A stretch of DNA of 64,000 nucleotides from Calcarisporiella thermophila CBS 279.70 (taxonomy: Eukaryota; Fungi; Calcarisporiellomycota). Below are positions 1 to 13,546 of this stretch, piece by piece. Both the position numbers and the translations under genes were made by a program. The stretch spans positions 1,629,688 through 1,693,687 of the forward strand of contig NW_027192191.1 of the NCBI RefSeq assembly GCF_041956535.1. The letters are read 5' to 3'. How positions within the stretch are numbered: position 1 is the first letter of the stretch; the number at the start of each line of letters is the position of its first letter. A model generated the notes under the pieces. That model saw only the letters and a program-made list of their open reading frames with translations, was not told where the DNA came from and did no database searches.

Positions 1-1736
1 CACGTGTTCCCGCACGCGCAGGATGCGCTCGTACACGGGCGCGTCCCGGTCCATCTCCTCCTTGACGCGCTTATACTCGCGCTCCGCCATCCTGCGGTTG
101 AAGTCCGCCAGGACGCCAATGTCCTGTAGCACGTTGCCCAGGAACACCTTGGCCGGGGTCAGTTTCGATTTGGAACGATTCTCGAGAACAAATGCGCGCA
201 GGCAGCTCTCGAGCCGAGAGAAGTCATCGTGCGAGGGCTTGTCGTCGGCGCGCTCCGCATTGACGGAGCCCGCGCTCACAAAATGCACCAGCACTTCCGA
301 CTCCTCGTAGGTTCGAGGGGAGAGCTGGCGGATTTGCTCGAGGATCAGCCGGCGACAGCGCTCTTTGTCGCGAATCGAGTCGAACCGGTTCACAACTATG
401 AAGATGTGAGTTTTTTCGTTCGCCGCGTTCCAGAGGAATTCTTTGCCCTAGGTGCGACAACATCCAAATCATTTCCTCATCAATAAACAGGGAGGGGAGG
501 GGAGGGGGGTCAAGGGGCCGGCCAACTTACCGAAAGCGTGAAGTGATTCTCAGCACTAACCACAAACACCACCACATCGATCTCCTCCTGGCGAGCAAAG
601 AGGGCTGTAGTCTTCAAGGAATCGCGATTCAGACCGGGAGAGTCGATCAGCGCAATATCCACCACGCCGTTGTGTAACAGGCTCTCGTTCGACTCACGCT
701 TGTCTTTGCAGTAAACCTTGAGTAGCTGGTATTGGTCCGCGCAATCCGTCACAATCTTCTCCAGGTGACGCATCTCATAGCGTGTGAATGTCGTGTCATC
801 CTCCCGATTATAGATGGAGGGATCCGGAATAGCGTGCACCTCCTCGATGCCATCGTTCTCGTCTGCATCAAGCACCTCACAGAACAGGGTGGTGCAAGGC
901 TGCTGATCCATAGGCATCACGTCTCGTCGCAACAATGCATTGACAAATGTGCTCTTCCCTGCATTGAGGTCGCCCGTCACTAGCACTTTGGAGCTGGTAT
1001 CAGATACGCGTGCGCAGAGATTTTCTAGATGGCGGAGGGCCGACTGGAGGCGGCCATCCAAAAGCTGGGCAATGGCGCTATTTTCCAGATTCTCAAGGCT
1101 AGCCGTAGCTTGCTGATGACCCATTTTAATATCCAATTTCAAAACATTCATCTGCGAATTGAATGAGCACGCTGCTTCCGAGGTGATCAAGCGATTCTCC
1201 TGCTGCGGTTGCTGCTGCCGCTGCGGTTGCTCATGGTTCACGTAGCCCATCGTGTTGGAGCGGCGGAATGCATGGGGAGGCACACTATGTGTCATGGCCT
1301 CCGAAGCCTCCTCGTCCTCGTCGTCGCTTTTGATCTCGAATGAGCGAGTGCGGCGGAGCTTGGGCCGCTCATCGCTCTCGTTCCGCGACGGTTGTGGCCG
1401 CTGCGGCTGCTGCGGATCCGACGCTAGGAAAGGATAGTGGACGAGGAACTTGCTCGTGTTGGCGGTACGGAGATCCTCAAGTAGAGATCGGGTATTTGCA
1501 AGGTATTTGAGTAGGCGGCGGCTTTTGTAGGCAAACAGTTTTTGTTCATTGGAGAGTGCGTGTTTGTTGGGTGCGGACGACGACGAAGCAGTGGAGTTGA
1601 CAAGCGAGGTGGCGGAGGTCTCAAGGGAAATGGGGTGTGATTCAAAGGAGTCGGCCAGCTCGGAGTCAGAGTCCATGTCTGCTTCGAGCTCGCCCTCCTT
1701 TGCACGGCCTTTACCTTTGAAGAATTCTTGTGACAT
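1..1736 (-). CDS. FZO1: Mitofusin / mitochondrial fusion GTPase (runs off the window start)
   Basis: P-loop TGDLNAGKSTFVNALLRR, DQQPCT, DIALIDSPGLN and ARQEEIDVVVFVVSAENHFTLS. Intron 530..448 (GTAAGT...CTAG); exon 2 continues GKEFLWNAANEKTHIFIVVNRFD. Confidence 0.95.
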
Positions 1737-2186
1737 TGTGGTGGTGATTTTTGTTTTCGTTGTTTGAGTTACGGGGGGATTTTCTTCCCTTTAGTCAGTC
1801 CAGTACGGCGCAGCAATGTTGCGATTTTTTCCGATTACTTAACCGGGTAAGGGAGGAGGGAAAATGGCTAGCCGAACTAAGCGAAGACTTCCTACTAACT
1901 TTAAAAATTAACAAAACATATAAAGGGGGGGGGGGGGGTAAGGAGGGGGAGAAAAAAAGCTAATAGGAGACAGGAATCAGATAACGATGGGTGATTTTGT
2001 AGAAATACAAAATGTGTGACGGGAAATAAACAAGTGCATATTTTTCGAGATTTAGCAAACTATAGAAATTAAAAGTGAGTTGGAGAGCGGTATATAAATG
2101 TATAATTAGAAAAAAAAAGAGAATTAGACGGAATATAATACACTCTTATAAAGCACGTACAAGGTATGAGCCGGTTATGAGGGCGA

Positions 2187-4371
2187 TCATTCGAAATAAG
2201 GTTTGTAATCTTCCATTAGCATTCTCCACTTCTGCCCAAACAGCACGCCAAGCAGGAAGATAAGCATCATCCCAAGTATCCACAATATCCGATGGAATCC
2301 ATACAGGCTTTCTCCGACGCCGGCTTTATTCTTTGCTTGCTCTGCGCCAGCCCCATGTCGCATCGCCATCTCCTTCAGCTTTAATCTAAGCTCGTTGATG
2401 CGAGTCTCGGAGAGGTTGGATTCTCGCTCCAGTTGCTCCTGCGCCTCCCGAAGCATTGCTTCCGAATGTCGCAGTGCAGCACGGGTCATCGCGAGCTCCG
2501 ACTCCACAGAGGTCACCGCGTTCTCATACTCTTGGACAACCGGCTCCACCATCTCTTGGAAAGACACCTCGGAAGAGTTCTCGGTTTTGGAGTCATCACG
2601 CCGTCGGATCTCCTTGAGCTCCGTCGTGACCTGGATATATTTCTCCGAAAGCTCGTCGAGGCTTCGCTGCAATTCCTGCACCTGCCGTTGCAAAAGATCG
2701 GCCCCCACTCCTCCTTCATGCATAGGCTGCTCTCCCCGCAAACGAGCATTTTCAGCCTCCAGTTTTAGAATTTTGGCACGCATTGCCTCGGGAGTGAACA
2801 CCAATTCGCAGTTCACGGAGGCGTTGTTCTTGATATTGCGAGCGCGATTCGCGTACTTGAGCGTGTTTATCGTTTCGGTGAGATTGTATTCCGCGGGCGA
2901 CACACACGCGATCATCAAGGTTTGAGCAGAGCCACCCAGCGAATCCTGGAGAAGGCGAGTTAGCTTCGAGTCCCGGTAAGGCACATGGGTCATTTTGCGG
3001 GTGGGGTCGCCAAGGGCGGAAATGACGTTGCCGAGGGCGAGAAGACCAGAATTAATGCTGATCCCCTCTTTAATCCGGTCGCCAGTGGCGCTAGTCTGCT
3101 TCAGCTACATGTGGAAGAAAATTGCCCAGGTACTTAGTGTACTTTATAAAAACACTAAAAACCAAGTTCAGACCAACCCTTTCAGAGCCCGCTAAATCGA
3201 CAAAATGAAACTTTGAGCTGATGACGGTTATCTCTCCTGCGGGTGCCTCGTCGCTTGTGCTTGATCGCGAGAGAATGGAGCTTTTCCGCTGGCGTCCAGC
3301 ACGTAAGGGCGTAGGACTGGCAACCCTAGAAGTGGCTGGACTTCCGATCTTCCCGTTGAGGCTACCCCCTACTCCCTTTTCTTGGCGCAAGCTCACAGAA
3401 AAGATGGCGTGCGATCGGGACGACTTTTCGTTCATGTCTGTTGCACCCACCTGGCGGTTCAGGGAGCCAAGTGCCAAGTACTGCATCACCTCATCGACTC
3501 CATTCACAAAAACCTCCCGTACGCCACTCCAATATATGTGGCCCTGAGGGTCCTCGCGAATAGAGACAATGCCATCAGGATTCAGCAGATCGATTAGTTC
3601 TTCATTGTAAATTTCAATAAACGAGACGCTGATAGTGGTTCGAGTGTTGTGGCGGCTTGGGCTTTGTGGGCGCTGTGCGGAGGTTGGAGTTGCTCGTCCA
3701 TTACGAGTCGGTATACTGGAGGTGCTGGAATTGGGACGGTGGCCGTTAGAAGCGCGATGAATGGTATCAAATAGGTCTGCAATAGCACGGGGGATAATGC
3801 CCAGCGTCTCAGGGCTGTCGTTCTCTGACGCAGTTCCCATGGTGTAAGTTTTGCCCGATGAGGTTTGACCATACGCCAAAATGGTTGCATTATAGCCTAT
3901 CAAATGGGAAAAACAAAGAAAGCGTTACCGACACAGCAATCTTAGATTATCCGTACAACAAACCAAATGGAGCAATCTTACCTTGAGTAAACTTTTGCAA
4001 CAAATTGGGAACACACTCGTTGTATACATGTTCTTGGGACGTTTCCGGCCCAAACACATGATCGAATGTGAACTGTTTGTTCTGTGGAACGACATTAACG
4101 ACGTTATGATGAGGTGGTGAAGAAATGGCCAGCACATCGCTGACACGCTGTTTTGAGAATCGCGGCTGGACAAGATCTTGTTCAGTGAGAGGGCGTATCC
4201 TCAAAGCTTAGGTGCCGAAATAGATATTAAAAATATTCAAAAATCCAACGTTAGCTAGCCGAACATAAAAGACAAGAGCCAAAATCGGATCCGGACTATG
4301 TAAATATACTAACCAACTTGCACCGAAGTTTGTTCTTTTGCCCCATCTTTGGAGGAAATCGAAGGGGTCAT
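2187..4371 (-). CDS. Kinesin motor protein (kinesin-4/KIF4-KIF21-like motor) with a short coiled coil and a C-terminal transmembrane helix; 4 exons
   Basis: [72 protein letters not shown] and [13 protein letters not shown]. The C-terminus reads [22 protein letters not shown]... Confidence 0.93.
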
Positions 4372-5040
4372 GCGATACTCTTCGATCAATCTTGAAAATT
4401 ATAGTGCAATGAATACTTTTGGAGAGGAAAAAAAAAGGAGGGAGGGGGTGGGAAGGGATTTATTTCACTCTAGGCAAATTAACGGTTTCACCTGTCAATC
4501 CGAATAATAAATCAAACAGTTTCAAGATTAAAGATAATACGAGCGTGGTACAGTTGGATTAGCGTTCCTGTTATTTCAAAAAAAGAATCCCAAAAGATTC
4601 ACTTCGCACAAGAAATCACCGATTATAAAGCGATTTCCAAAGCGAGTCACAGCTGCATCAAGAGAGATCATGAAAAGCTTAAGACATTAACTCTATCCAT
4701 GCTTGAGTTTATGTAACTCTTGGTTGTCTAACGGATATATCGCAATGCAAATCCACATCCGCAAGGTATCCTCCCATCCCTTGGGCTTGGATACCCGCCT
4801 GATCGCTGAAACCGTGGTAAAAGCATGCTTACTACGTGTCTTCGAATCTCCGGAACTCTTCAGAATGCCGACTCTCTTTTTTGAAATAACTTAGAGGATT
4901 TTACAGGCACTGATAGAAAAAAAGTTCCAGCCAATATTTGAAAATAAAAGCACTAAGACAACAATCAAGAGCAAGATGAAATAAACAAAATATAACAAAA
5001 TATAACAAAGCAAATGGATAAATTATAGACATTTTTTTTT

Positions 5041-7109
5041 CTATGGCGGACACTCTCGCACCTCACTTTTCCCAGAGATTGCTTTGTGCACGCTTAATCC
5101 TGTGCTGAGGATCATCACCACTATACCAAAGAGAACACATGCCACGCTCGGCAACTTCTTGGGGCTCCACCATTTTCCGCTTGCGAGCTTCAGGTAGCAC
5201 AGTGGCGGCAGAATGAAACAAAGCGCGGTTGCAGAGAAACCACCTGTCAACTCCAGAACAAGCCCGAGATTGCACGTCGCAAGGGATATAATGAGAGGAA
5301 GAAGTACTAGAACAGTGGTGATGGCAACATGGCGGGTAGTGGAAAGGGGTCCGCCATTGAAGAAATAATTTTCAATCACCTGTAGAGGATCGAAGCAAAA
5401 TCAAGAGCATCAGTATCTTTCCGTTGCTGAAGAAAAAAAAAAGCATTCGTCTCATACTTCTCGGCACACCATTGCCTCCAATGGCAGGGTGGTAAACATA
5501 TTTAACCCAAAACAAAATCTCGCAATATTGATCAAAAAGTTATCGGATGGGAAGTTGTTCAAGACATTCGCCGCAGTCTTCTCGGTAAAAGCAAGGTAAC
5601 CCGAAGCCGCGAGTGTGAAGCACGCGAAGAAGGAAATAAGCATGCTCAGGTGGGTTACCATGCCGAAGCGGTTCAACGATGGCTTCTTGAGCGAGCTGTA
5701 TATAAGAAAGATGTTGTGATGACAGACAAAGGCGAAGCTCATGATGCCAATTGCCTAAAATGCGAATGAAAGGAGGGGAAAAAAAGCGGGTCAATCAGAT
5801 CAGTCTGAAGAGTTCTTTTCGAGAACCTGGGAAGCTACCTGAAATACTTGCGAATGCATAAAATCCCACTGCCCCTTCCCCGACCCGCGCAACTCGGTAG
5901 GGGTCCTAGGTCCCTCGATCAATACTGTGATGACGATAACGGTAATTGCTAGCAGGGCCAGTGCGCTTGCCTTGGCTAACTTTGAGATGTCCCGGTAGAG
6001 GGAGAGCGGGTAGGAGACAAGAATGGTTATGAAAGTGATCACGAACCGCCTCGATGCAAAGAGGGAGAGGACGGGAATGGTCCTGATATTAGGGAAGAGC
6101 GAAACGATGACATGTGGAATAGTATCGCCCATAATAACACAATAGGCGCACATCCCTAGAAGTGGAATGATGGAGATCAGCGTGAATAAAGTTAAAGCCG
6201 TTCTGTATGGTTTGTTTAGTGATTGTACCTCCAAATGCGAATGCAAACTGGAATATGCTGATGGCCACGAGCCCTGCATGCCCAAAGCATCTCTCTAGTA
6301 ATGCCTGATAAGTAGTGGCGCCAGCCAATTTTCCATTAAACACCAATAATCGGACCGTCCAATCTGTTGAATCGAGAGAATTAGAGGAGAATAGTGAGTG
6401 TGTTAGAAATGCAAAGGCGGTAAAGATCAATCCGCTACCCACCTCCAACCCATGTGACGAGAAGCAAGAGAATAATGCCCATAAAGAAACCCTAATAATG
6501 AGAATCGATTTTAGCCCTCTAGGCCTAAGCAAATCCTTCTAAATAGAATGTTCTTATTCTTTTACCGCTTCACTAAATGCGAAAGGCATTCCAATGATGC
6601 CTGTCCAGTCAGAAATGCAGAGAAAGAAGAATCATTATAGATTAGCACAGATCGTTGGACACAAACACATTCATGTCTAACCTGCTCCAATAATGCTATT
6701 TGACATGTTAAACTATTATTTGCAGACAAGCATTAGTTTCCACTCCTCTACATCTTCAGCATCAAAAACAACGTACAAAACTTTCTAGAATTGTTCCCCC
6801 ATCCTTGGGGAGCTTTACCCAATTGCTATCAAACAGATGAACATTGTTGGCCACTTCTTCCGCGCTAGTATCTTCCTGCATCCCATTTTCTTCCGTTGCT
6901 AGAATCAAGGCTGGAGTAGAAACCTGCGATTTCACGGCCGGAGAGCCATCTGCTGCAAGCAGAGGAACTTCGTCCGCCTCTTTTGCGGAATGCACAGAGG
7001 ATCGTGGATGGTCGTTGTTGTGATGAAAGTCCTCTTCGTCATCGTCGTCTTCATCGAAGACAAATACCGTTTCATCCGCGGATGTAGGTCGCTTGTTTCT
7101 CGAAGACAT
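5041..7109 (-). CDS. AVT2: Amino acid transporter, Aa_trans / SLC38A11-AVT2 family; multi-exon
   Basis: Spliced NMSNSIIGAGIIGMPFAF, DWTVRLL, GMCAYCVIMGDTIPHV, MSFAFVCHHN, NNFPSDN and TTLPLEAMVCREV; many TM segments. Confidence 0.88.
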
Positions 7110-8480
7110 GAATATACAAGAGAGGGGAAGCTGGTGTGATTCTTTGGGCTTGATAAGAGAAATATATGCAAAGAATAAATCGGCTTTTTAACAGATTAAA
7201 GGCATTGAGTAAGATGAGAAAAGAGATTCACTTCCCTCCACCATATTCGGCTCAAATGCTATTTTAGCTGTGTGCCACGAGCTCCCATTCAGCGAGCCAA
7301 CCATATGGATTGACGTCAGAGTTATGATCGAGTCTGCAAAACTTTGCCCAATTTGCTCTCACCATCATCCTCAGTGAGCCAAATAAAATCTATTCCCTCA
7401 CGATATCGTGGCACATCCACCCTCCACACTAATAAAGGGATCTGAAATCTATGTATTAGCATGAATAGATTCTCCGCGAGATAACAGAGCCATTAGCCAT
7501 AGAATTTAGATGCTTGCAAAATATGCTACAGCAGACTGGATTAAAATCGATCCCTAATAGTGCTAGCTGCTGGGAAAAAATGTAGCTGGGCTGAGCAGCT
7601 CCAAATTTTGCAGCTGCTCACTTATGCATTAGCACAGGATACGAGCATTAGAATGTTTACTATTCATATACAACCGTTACATAGTAAAAAGTTAAATTAT
7701 TGGTTTTTGTATTCTTTTCTGTTGAAAAAGAATACATGTAATCTTTTGAAGCTCCAAAATTTCGGGTTCAATTTTTATTAAGATTGCATAAATCGTTCAG
7801 AACCCAGAATCCTCTGCTTCCGATACCAGCCTTCATTCAACTCTCGAAGAGGGTTAAATATATCTATTTCCATCGGCACTTTGGATTAAATGAGCTTCAG
7901 TTCCCTCCAGATAAAACATTAATCGAAATAAATATTCACTATATATTCGATAACTGCTATCAAGGCAAAGGTGATATACAAGATCGAAGCTCCGATTATG
8001 GCAACTTACGGGCTCTTGTAAGAGACAGTTTAGCCAGTTCAAGTTTGTCTTAAACTGGCGGATTTCCTTGAACCTTCTAATTCTATAAAACTGTTGCCCT
8101 AATAACATCTGCAATGAGTCGGATTCCTCTCGCAAAGTCAATTTATTTCTTCTGGACTGGCAACCCAATTCTCCAGATGGGATGATCTCAGAGTTATCCA
8201 TTGGTTTCCACAGAGAGTTTTTTGCATGGAGCCAGGTAGAGTATTAATAAATAAATTTGTCATAATTTATAGCAGCAGTAAAAACATAGCAGATAATAGC
8301 TATGGATAAATATACTTGTTTTTAAAAGTCATCCAGGGGTTTATACTGTTGCAAGTCATTTTCGGAACACTAGCGTGCTCTGTGTTGAATTAATATAGAA
8401 AGATTTAAATGAATAGGACACATGTGAAGGAGAAAGTTAACTACAAAAGGTATATGTATGGTAGAGAAAAAAAAAATACT

Positions 8481-9218
8481 CTAGCAATAGGAAAGTCGAC
8501 CAGTCCCTTGGCACTTTCGGCATATCTCATCATCTCCGAAGAAATGAATTCTTCGTCCTGACCCATCGCACTTGTAGCATATTTCCCGCACATGAGGGAA
8601 AGCTTGGGCAGAGGCAGAGTTTGTGCCAGACGACATTGGCTGCGCTCCATAATTTCCAGCTGCACTCCAATATCGTGAATATTGATTCTGGTATTGTTGG
8701 AAATGCGGATACCGTTCCAACCATGCTCGTCCTTGTTGTCCGCCCCAACTTGAACTTCTTTCTCTTCTTCCTCCGTCAATTATGTAATCCAAAAAGTGCT
8801 TGCCCGCTTTTTTAATGCATCGAGTACAAGGGCGCTGTCCATTAGGTGTGGAGATAAATCCTGTGGTACCACACTTGTAGCAAGTGTAGCCGGCAGGCAT
8901 GATATTTCTGATCCCAAGCATGGAAGAAAAGGAATTGGTGGAATTGGAGGAGGCAGAGGATGTTGTTAATGCAGGGGGATTTAGAGGCATGGAAGTGAAG
9001 GTAGTAGAGGGGCTTGAGGATGGAGGGGTTGAAAGATGTGAAGTCGGTTGGAGGTAGGGCTGAAAAGGAGTATTTTGTTGAGGAGGGGCGGGATTCTGTT
9101 GTGTGCGGGGAGGTGGCGCGGGAGCGAAAGGACGTGTAGGACCTTGCTCAATAGTTTGCTCTCCGTGTGTTGGAAAGGGAGAATAAGGGGGTGGTTCTGT
9201 GCTTGTTGTATCGGCCAT
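8481..9218 (-). CDS. Proline-rich protein with DnaJ-like CxxCxGxG zinc-finger repeats (Hua1-like)
   Basis: N-terminal PPPY motif, CYKCGTTG...PCTRC, and CYKCDGSG...CRKCQGTG at the C-terminus. Confidence 0.75.
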   Translation of the reverse strand: MADTTSTEPPPYSPFPTHGEQTIEQGPTRPFAPAPPPRTQQNPAPPQQNTPFQPYLQPTSHLSTPPSSSPSTTFTSMPLNPPALTTSSASSNSTNSFSSMLGIRNIMPAGYTCYKCGTTGFISTPNGQRPCTRCIKKAGKHFLDYIIDGGRRERSSSWGGQQGRAWLERYPHFQQYQNQYSRYWSAAGNYGAQPMSSGTNSASAQAFPHVREICYKCDGSGRRIHFFGDDEICRKCQGTGRLSYC

Positions 9219-9587
9219 ATGCAGTTTGATTATGAAGTTGGTAAATGAAAATGGAATTAGTGGATAATCCGCTATAATCCTCGAAAAAAAAAATTGCTTC
9301 CTATATAATCGTCGCAATCTCACTTAGCCAAGAATTCTTATGGAAAAATCCGATGAGGTGGACAGAAAATTATGATATCAGTGAGTGACGTTTACGTTGG
9401 TGAGGTGTCAAAATGGTTATGAGTTTCCTATTTCTATATTATGTTAAAACGCGACTAACGGCTGTTACGCGAATTTGTTCCGTATTATAAAGGCGAGTTT
9501 AGGTCGATTCAGCCATAAATGTTACCCCTACTAAATAATTGAACATGCTTCATTTTTCAGACAATAGAATAGAACGTGCAATTTATT

Positions 9588-10277
9588 ATGGCAGTGGTCG
9601 AGATTTTGTTCATATTCATCTCACTTGGACTCTTCGCGGTGCACATAGTAAATGGAAATCTCCCATCGGGTCTCCCACCCCCCTCCTTAATATAAATGTG
9701 TAAATCCCACATTGATTCTAGGTGAACATTATCTACTCTGGAAGTGCTATTTCGCTTGAGTTTATGAACTCATGCGATGCGCCACTGCAGGCGTATTTGA
9801 TTGGGGGACTTGTTATCTCCTCTTGCGTATTGCTACTGGGCTTTATTGTTCTTTGGTCATGGTATTCAGCAAGCTCGTTTGGTGCCCTGACACTTCTATT
9901 TATGCTAGTGTGTGAGTATCTTTAGATGTACCAAATTTCAAGAACTGGCTAATGGGGAAATGCATCCATTGGAATTAGGGAATATTATCGGTAGTATCTG
10001 GTATAATTCAGGTAGGGGATGCCAAAAGACAGCCCCTATAATATATCAACAAGTGTTCTTCACGTTGCTCGTTAACTGGGTGTCGTTTGGGGTAAATATT
10101 GCATTCTTTTCAAATATTCCTCCATATGTGTTTTCTAGACCTAGTTATTTTTTCCCCTATCCTGTTATGCAGGTAGGTTTTACGATGGCCCTGGGATTAG
10201 CCATTATGTACAACATACATACCTATTTCTTGCGCCCCACTGTTTGGATTCAGCCCCAAGGACCACCACCAGTTTAA
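9588..10277 (+). CDS. Small multi-pass membrane protein of unknown function; about 4 exons
   Basis: Hydrophobic spliced exons MAVVEILFIFISLGLFAVHI|VNII...SCDAPLQAYLIGG...GNIIGSIWY...CQKTAPIIY; GT-AG introns. Confidence 0.55.
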
Positions 10278-10659
10278 ATGGGTTTATTTTTGCGTATTTA
10301 TTATTTTATGGACTAGCTTCATATTATTTTATCTTCATGCTTTATTTTACTTATTTTCTACTTGAAAGACTGCAGAAAGATGAATACCACCAATTCCCCC
10401 TTTACCCTGAAACTTAATTTTCTCACTTTTCAAAATGCCTTTTTTGAATTTCTTTTATATTTCATTATGGGTTTTTATTGCGCTACTTCACTCTCATTCC
10501 TCTACGCCTATATATTATTTTCCTTGCTTATTTGCATATATAATAAATATCTATGGCATCGCTAATATCCATGTTCTCGAATTTTCACACGCGTTTGTGG
10601 CAATTTAAACGTGACTGTTTCTTCACCTTGGTCGCTTGCCATCCTAATCTCTATTACTT

Positions 10660-11252
10660 ATGTCTCATTCTACAACGACTTCTCACTTCCCTTCACTCCT
10701 TCCTCGTGCAACCGAGTCTCTATGGTATGTCAAATCGGAACCATCCGCCGAAGCCGATGATGTCGATTTAGAGGAGGAATTGCTGGAAAAAGAGGTAATT
10801 TCTTATCAATTCGGTTCGTAGAGTGGATGAGAGAGAAAGAGATTAATGTGTTCGCACCTCACCATACTAGAACGAAGCTATCAGAAAACATGGGGCGTGG
10901 TTTACTCCTATTGGATATGCTGCATCGTCAACGAACGTAAATGTCCTTACTATTTTTATTTTTTTACGCGTCTCTTTTTGGATTCAGACCTCACCATGAT
11001 CTTCAATATTTTAATCAATATTCATATTTTAACTGTAATTTTTAGGATGCCAGACACGCTACTACCCAACCAGACAATGGATCTATGGCTCAAGGTCCTG
11101 CTTCTGAAACTGAAACCATTGAAGAAGACGATGATGAGGTCGAGTATGCGGATGAAACAGGCGAAATTGACATGGACGCTGATTTAGATGCAGATATTAC
11201 TGAGATGGATCAAGAATACGATGACGAAGAGATAGAAGGCGATGACTTTTAG
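10660..11252 (+). CDS. APC15: Anaphase-promoting complex subunit 15 (ANAPC15/Mnd2-like); 3 exons; absent from the ORF track
   Basis: Spliced translation MSHSTTTSHFPSLLPRATESLWY...EEELLEKE|NEAIRKHGAWFTPIGYA|...Asp/Glu-rich tail ending at TAG 11250-11252. It matches the animal ANAPC15 N-terminal motif FPSLFPRVTETLWF, the PIG motif and the acidic tail. Confidence 0.8.
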
Positions 11253-11423
11253 CGGTGCTTTGGAAATATCCGCATATACCTGATGCATTGTGTCCTTGTC
11301 ATTTATTAGTATTTTCACGCATAATAGCCGCTAGGCCTCTTTAATGTCTTTATATAAAGTTGAATATAGATGAAAGATATCGTATTTAAATATATACAAT
11401 TAGGATGTGCCTCTCCCCCAAAT

Positions 11424-12630
11424 TTAAACATTCATCTTCTGCAGCGAATCCATGATATCTTGCAACTGCATCAATAGTTGGTGTGAGTCGCTTCCTCCAC
11501 CTCTCCGCGCCACCGCATTTCCAACCTCAGGATCTTTCTTGGCCGCCTCACACTTTTCCATCGCCTTTTGCCGTCTCCTGCCCAGCGAAGAGATAACCGG
11601 AACTTCTTCTCCGTCCACCTCTTCAAACTCCTCTACCTCCTCTCTCCATTCCTTTGGCTTTTGGTGATTAAGCAGATTCGATTCGTCGCATGCAAGCTGC
11701 GAGAGACGTATCGTCAGGTCATCTAGAGTGCTAATTAAAGAAGATGTAAAGGGTGAAGATGCTTTTGAGTGCGGGGTTATAGGAGAGGGTGCAGGAAGGG
11801 CGAGTAATCGGCGGGAGGAGCTACTGGATATCAGATACCATCTTAGAATTTGGGCGATCTAATGGGATGAAACAAAGGTCAATAGAGTGGAAGAGAAGCC
11901 CTACTGGGATAGTATATACTGACCATCAGTACTTGTTTCAGCGAGCCATTCTCGGCTGCAGCCTCCCAACCATTGCCCTCATCATGCATAGCATCGTTGC
12001 GAGAAAGCAGTAGCTGGAGGCGAGATTGTGCTAGAGATAGAGGGGAGCGTTTTGACATTGAATCAACTCGGGCTCCGGCTTCGAGCAGCAGCAAAACGCA
12101 TTCAGCACTGTTCGAAATGACAGCTATATATATATACAAACGTAATCCATTATAAAATTGTATTGCAATTGGAGCAAGGGGTAAAACAAAGAAGAGAGCC
12201 TACCAAGATCAAGCGGCCTGTTTCCAATCAAGTCTGTGATCTCGTTTACCTCTGCCCCATACTGGAGCAGGACTCGTACCACATCGGCCTTCCCCCCACT
12301 ACATGCAATGAGCAGCGGTGTCCTTAATTTGCTGTCTTGGCAGTCGACTTTAGGCGGAGGTGAAGATTCCAGCAGTTTCTTCACTACCGTTAGTTTCCAG
12401 AGACAAGACACAGGTTAACCTTGTGCATTGGCAAAGCCAAACAGTAAAAACAATAGATTAGGCCATGATCATTACTTACCAGCTTCTGCATCCCCTTCGC
12501 CCGCTAACTCCAACAGCTGCCGCTCCTCCTCCGAGAGTGTTAGTGCTGCAATAAGCTGTTTAGAGAATCGATGGCTTTTACGGGCAATGCGAGGACCGGT
12601 AGTTCTATGTAGGCGATCTTTTGGATCCAT
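11424..12630 (-). CDS. Ankyrin-repeat protein; multi-exon
   Basis: LLELAGEG..., RTPLLIACSGGKADVVRVLLQYGAEVN, GNRPLDLAVISNSAECVLLLLEAGA and SPLSLAQSRL. Confidence 0.82.
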
Positions 12631-13546
12631 AAGATCTTCAATAAAAGCTTCTCTGTACTTTTTATTGTGGACCAGTTCATTAAATGGGAAAATCGAGTAG
12701 ATAATCGGGATATTTCATGACAGATTTAGGAAATTTAAGATGGAAAACTCTCGAAGTGATACCCTATCAAAATCATATTCAACAGAGGCAGCGCTTTAAG
12801 CAACACCTAGTTACGCGGCAAGTTACATTCGCCTTAATAAATGGTCTTTAAGAGCACAGAATTACGATTTGAGAGCAGAGTATTGACCACTTCGTTGGAC
12901 AAGCCCCCAAATTTTTACAAGGAATATTCAAATACACTGAATGAACCGCATTTCCCCATTTTGAATCCTATCTTTCTGGCCTATGTATGTTGTAGCGAAA
13001 TAATGGTTTGAATTTGATGCCGATGTATTAATTCGTTAGAGAATTTCTTGTTCATCCTATTCTATCTTATTGGTGTAGATTGGTTTACTCTAGCCTAGCG
13101 GGAGATAGAACGCATGTTTGAAAATAGTGTGTATGAATATAAATGTCGGAATTCATTTCAATGAAGTGGTTCTCATCTCTACATCCACTCCACTAGCGAA
13201 TAAAATAATGAGAAAATGTATCAATAAAGTGGAATAAGAGTGAAACGTTCCCTTGAATAAGAGGGAAATTCTTAACCGACACACATTTGGCTGTATCAAG
13301 ATATAGACTTTTATAAGCTGTTAAGCCTCGATTCTAATTTTTATATACCTTTCCTACAAAAGACCGAATATATAAAATGTATATGTACTTGGAAGCGATT
13401 TCACAATATCAGCATAATAATTTGCTCCTTGATATTGTGTTAACATAATGTAACCTATTATCTGTTGAGTATACTAGTACCTTAGGCTATATCCCTTAAT
13501 TATTTCTTTACGAATCTTTTAAGTTATAAAACAAAATAGGTCAAAA

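Noticed and set aside
7784-8201. Overlapping 89- and 115-aa ORFs between the transporter and the Hua1-like gene
   Set aside because: No motif, signal peptide or consistent splice pattern that I can support.
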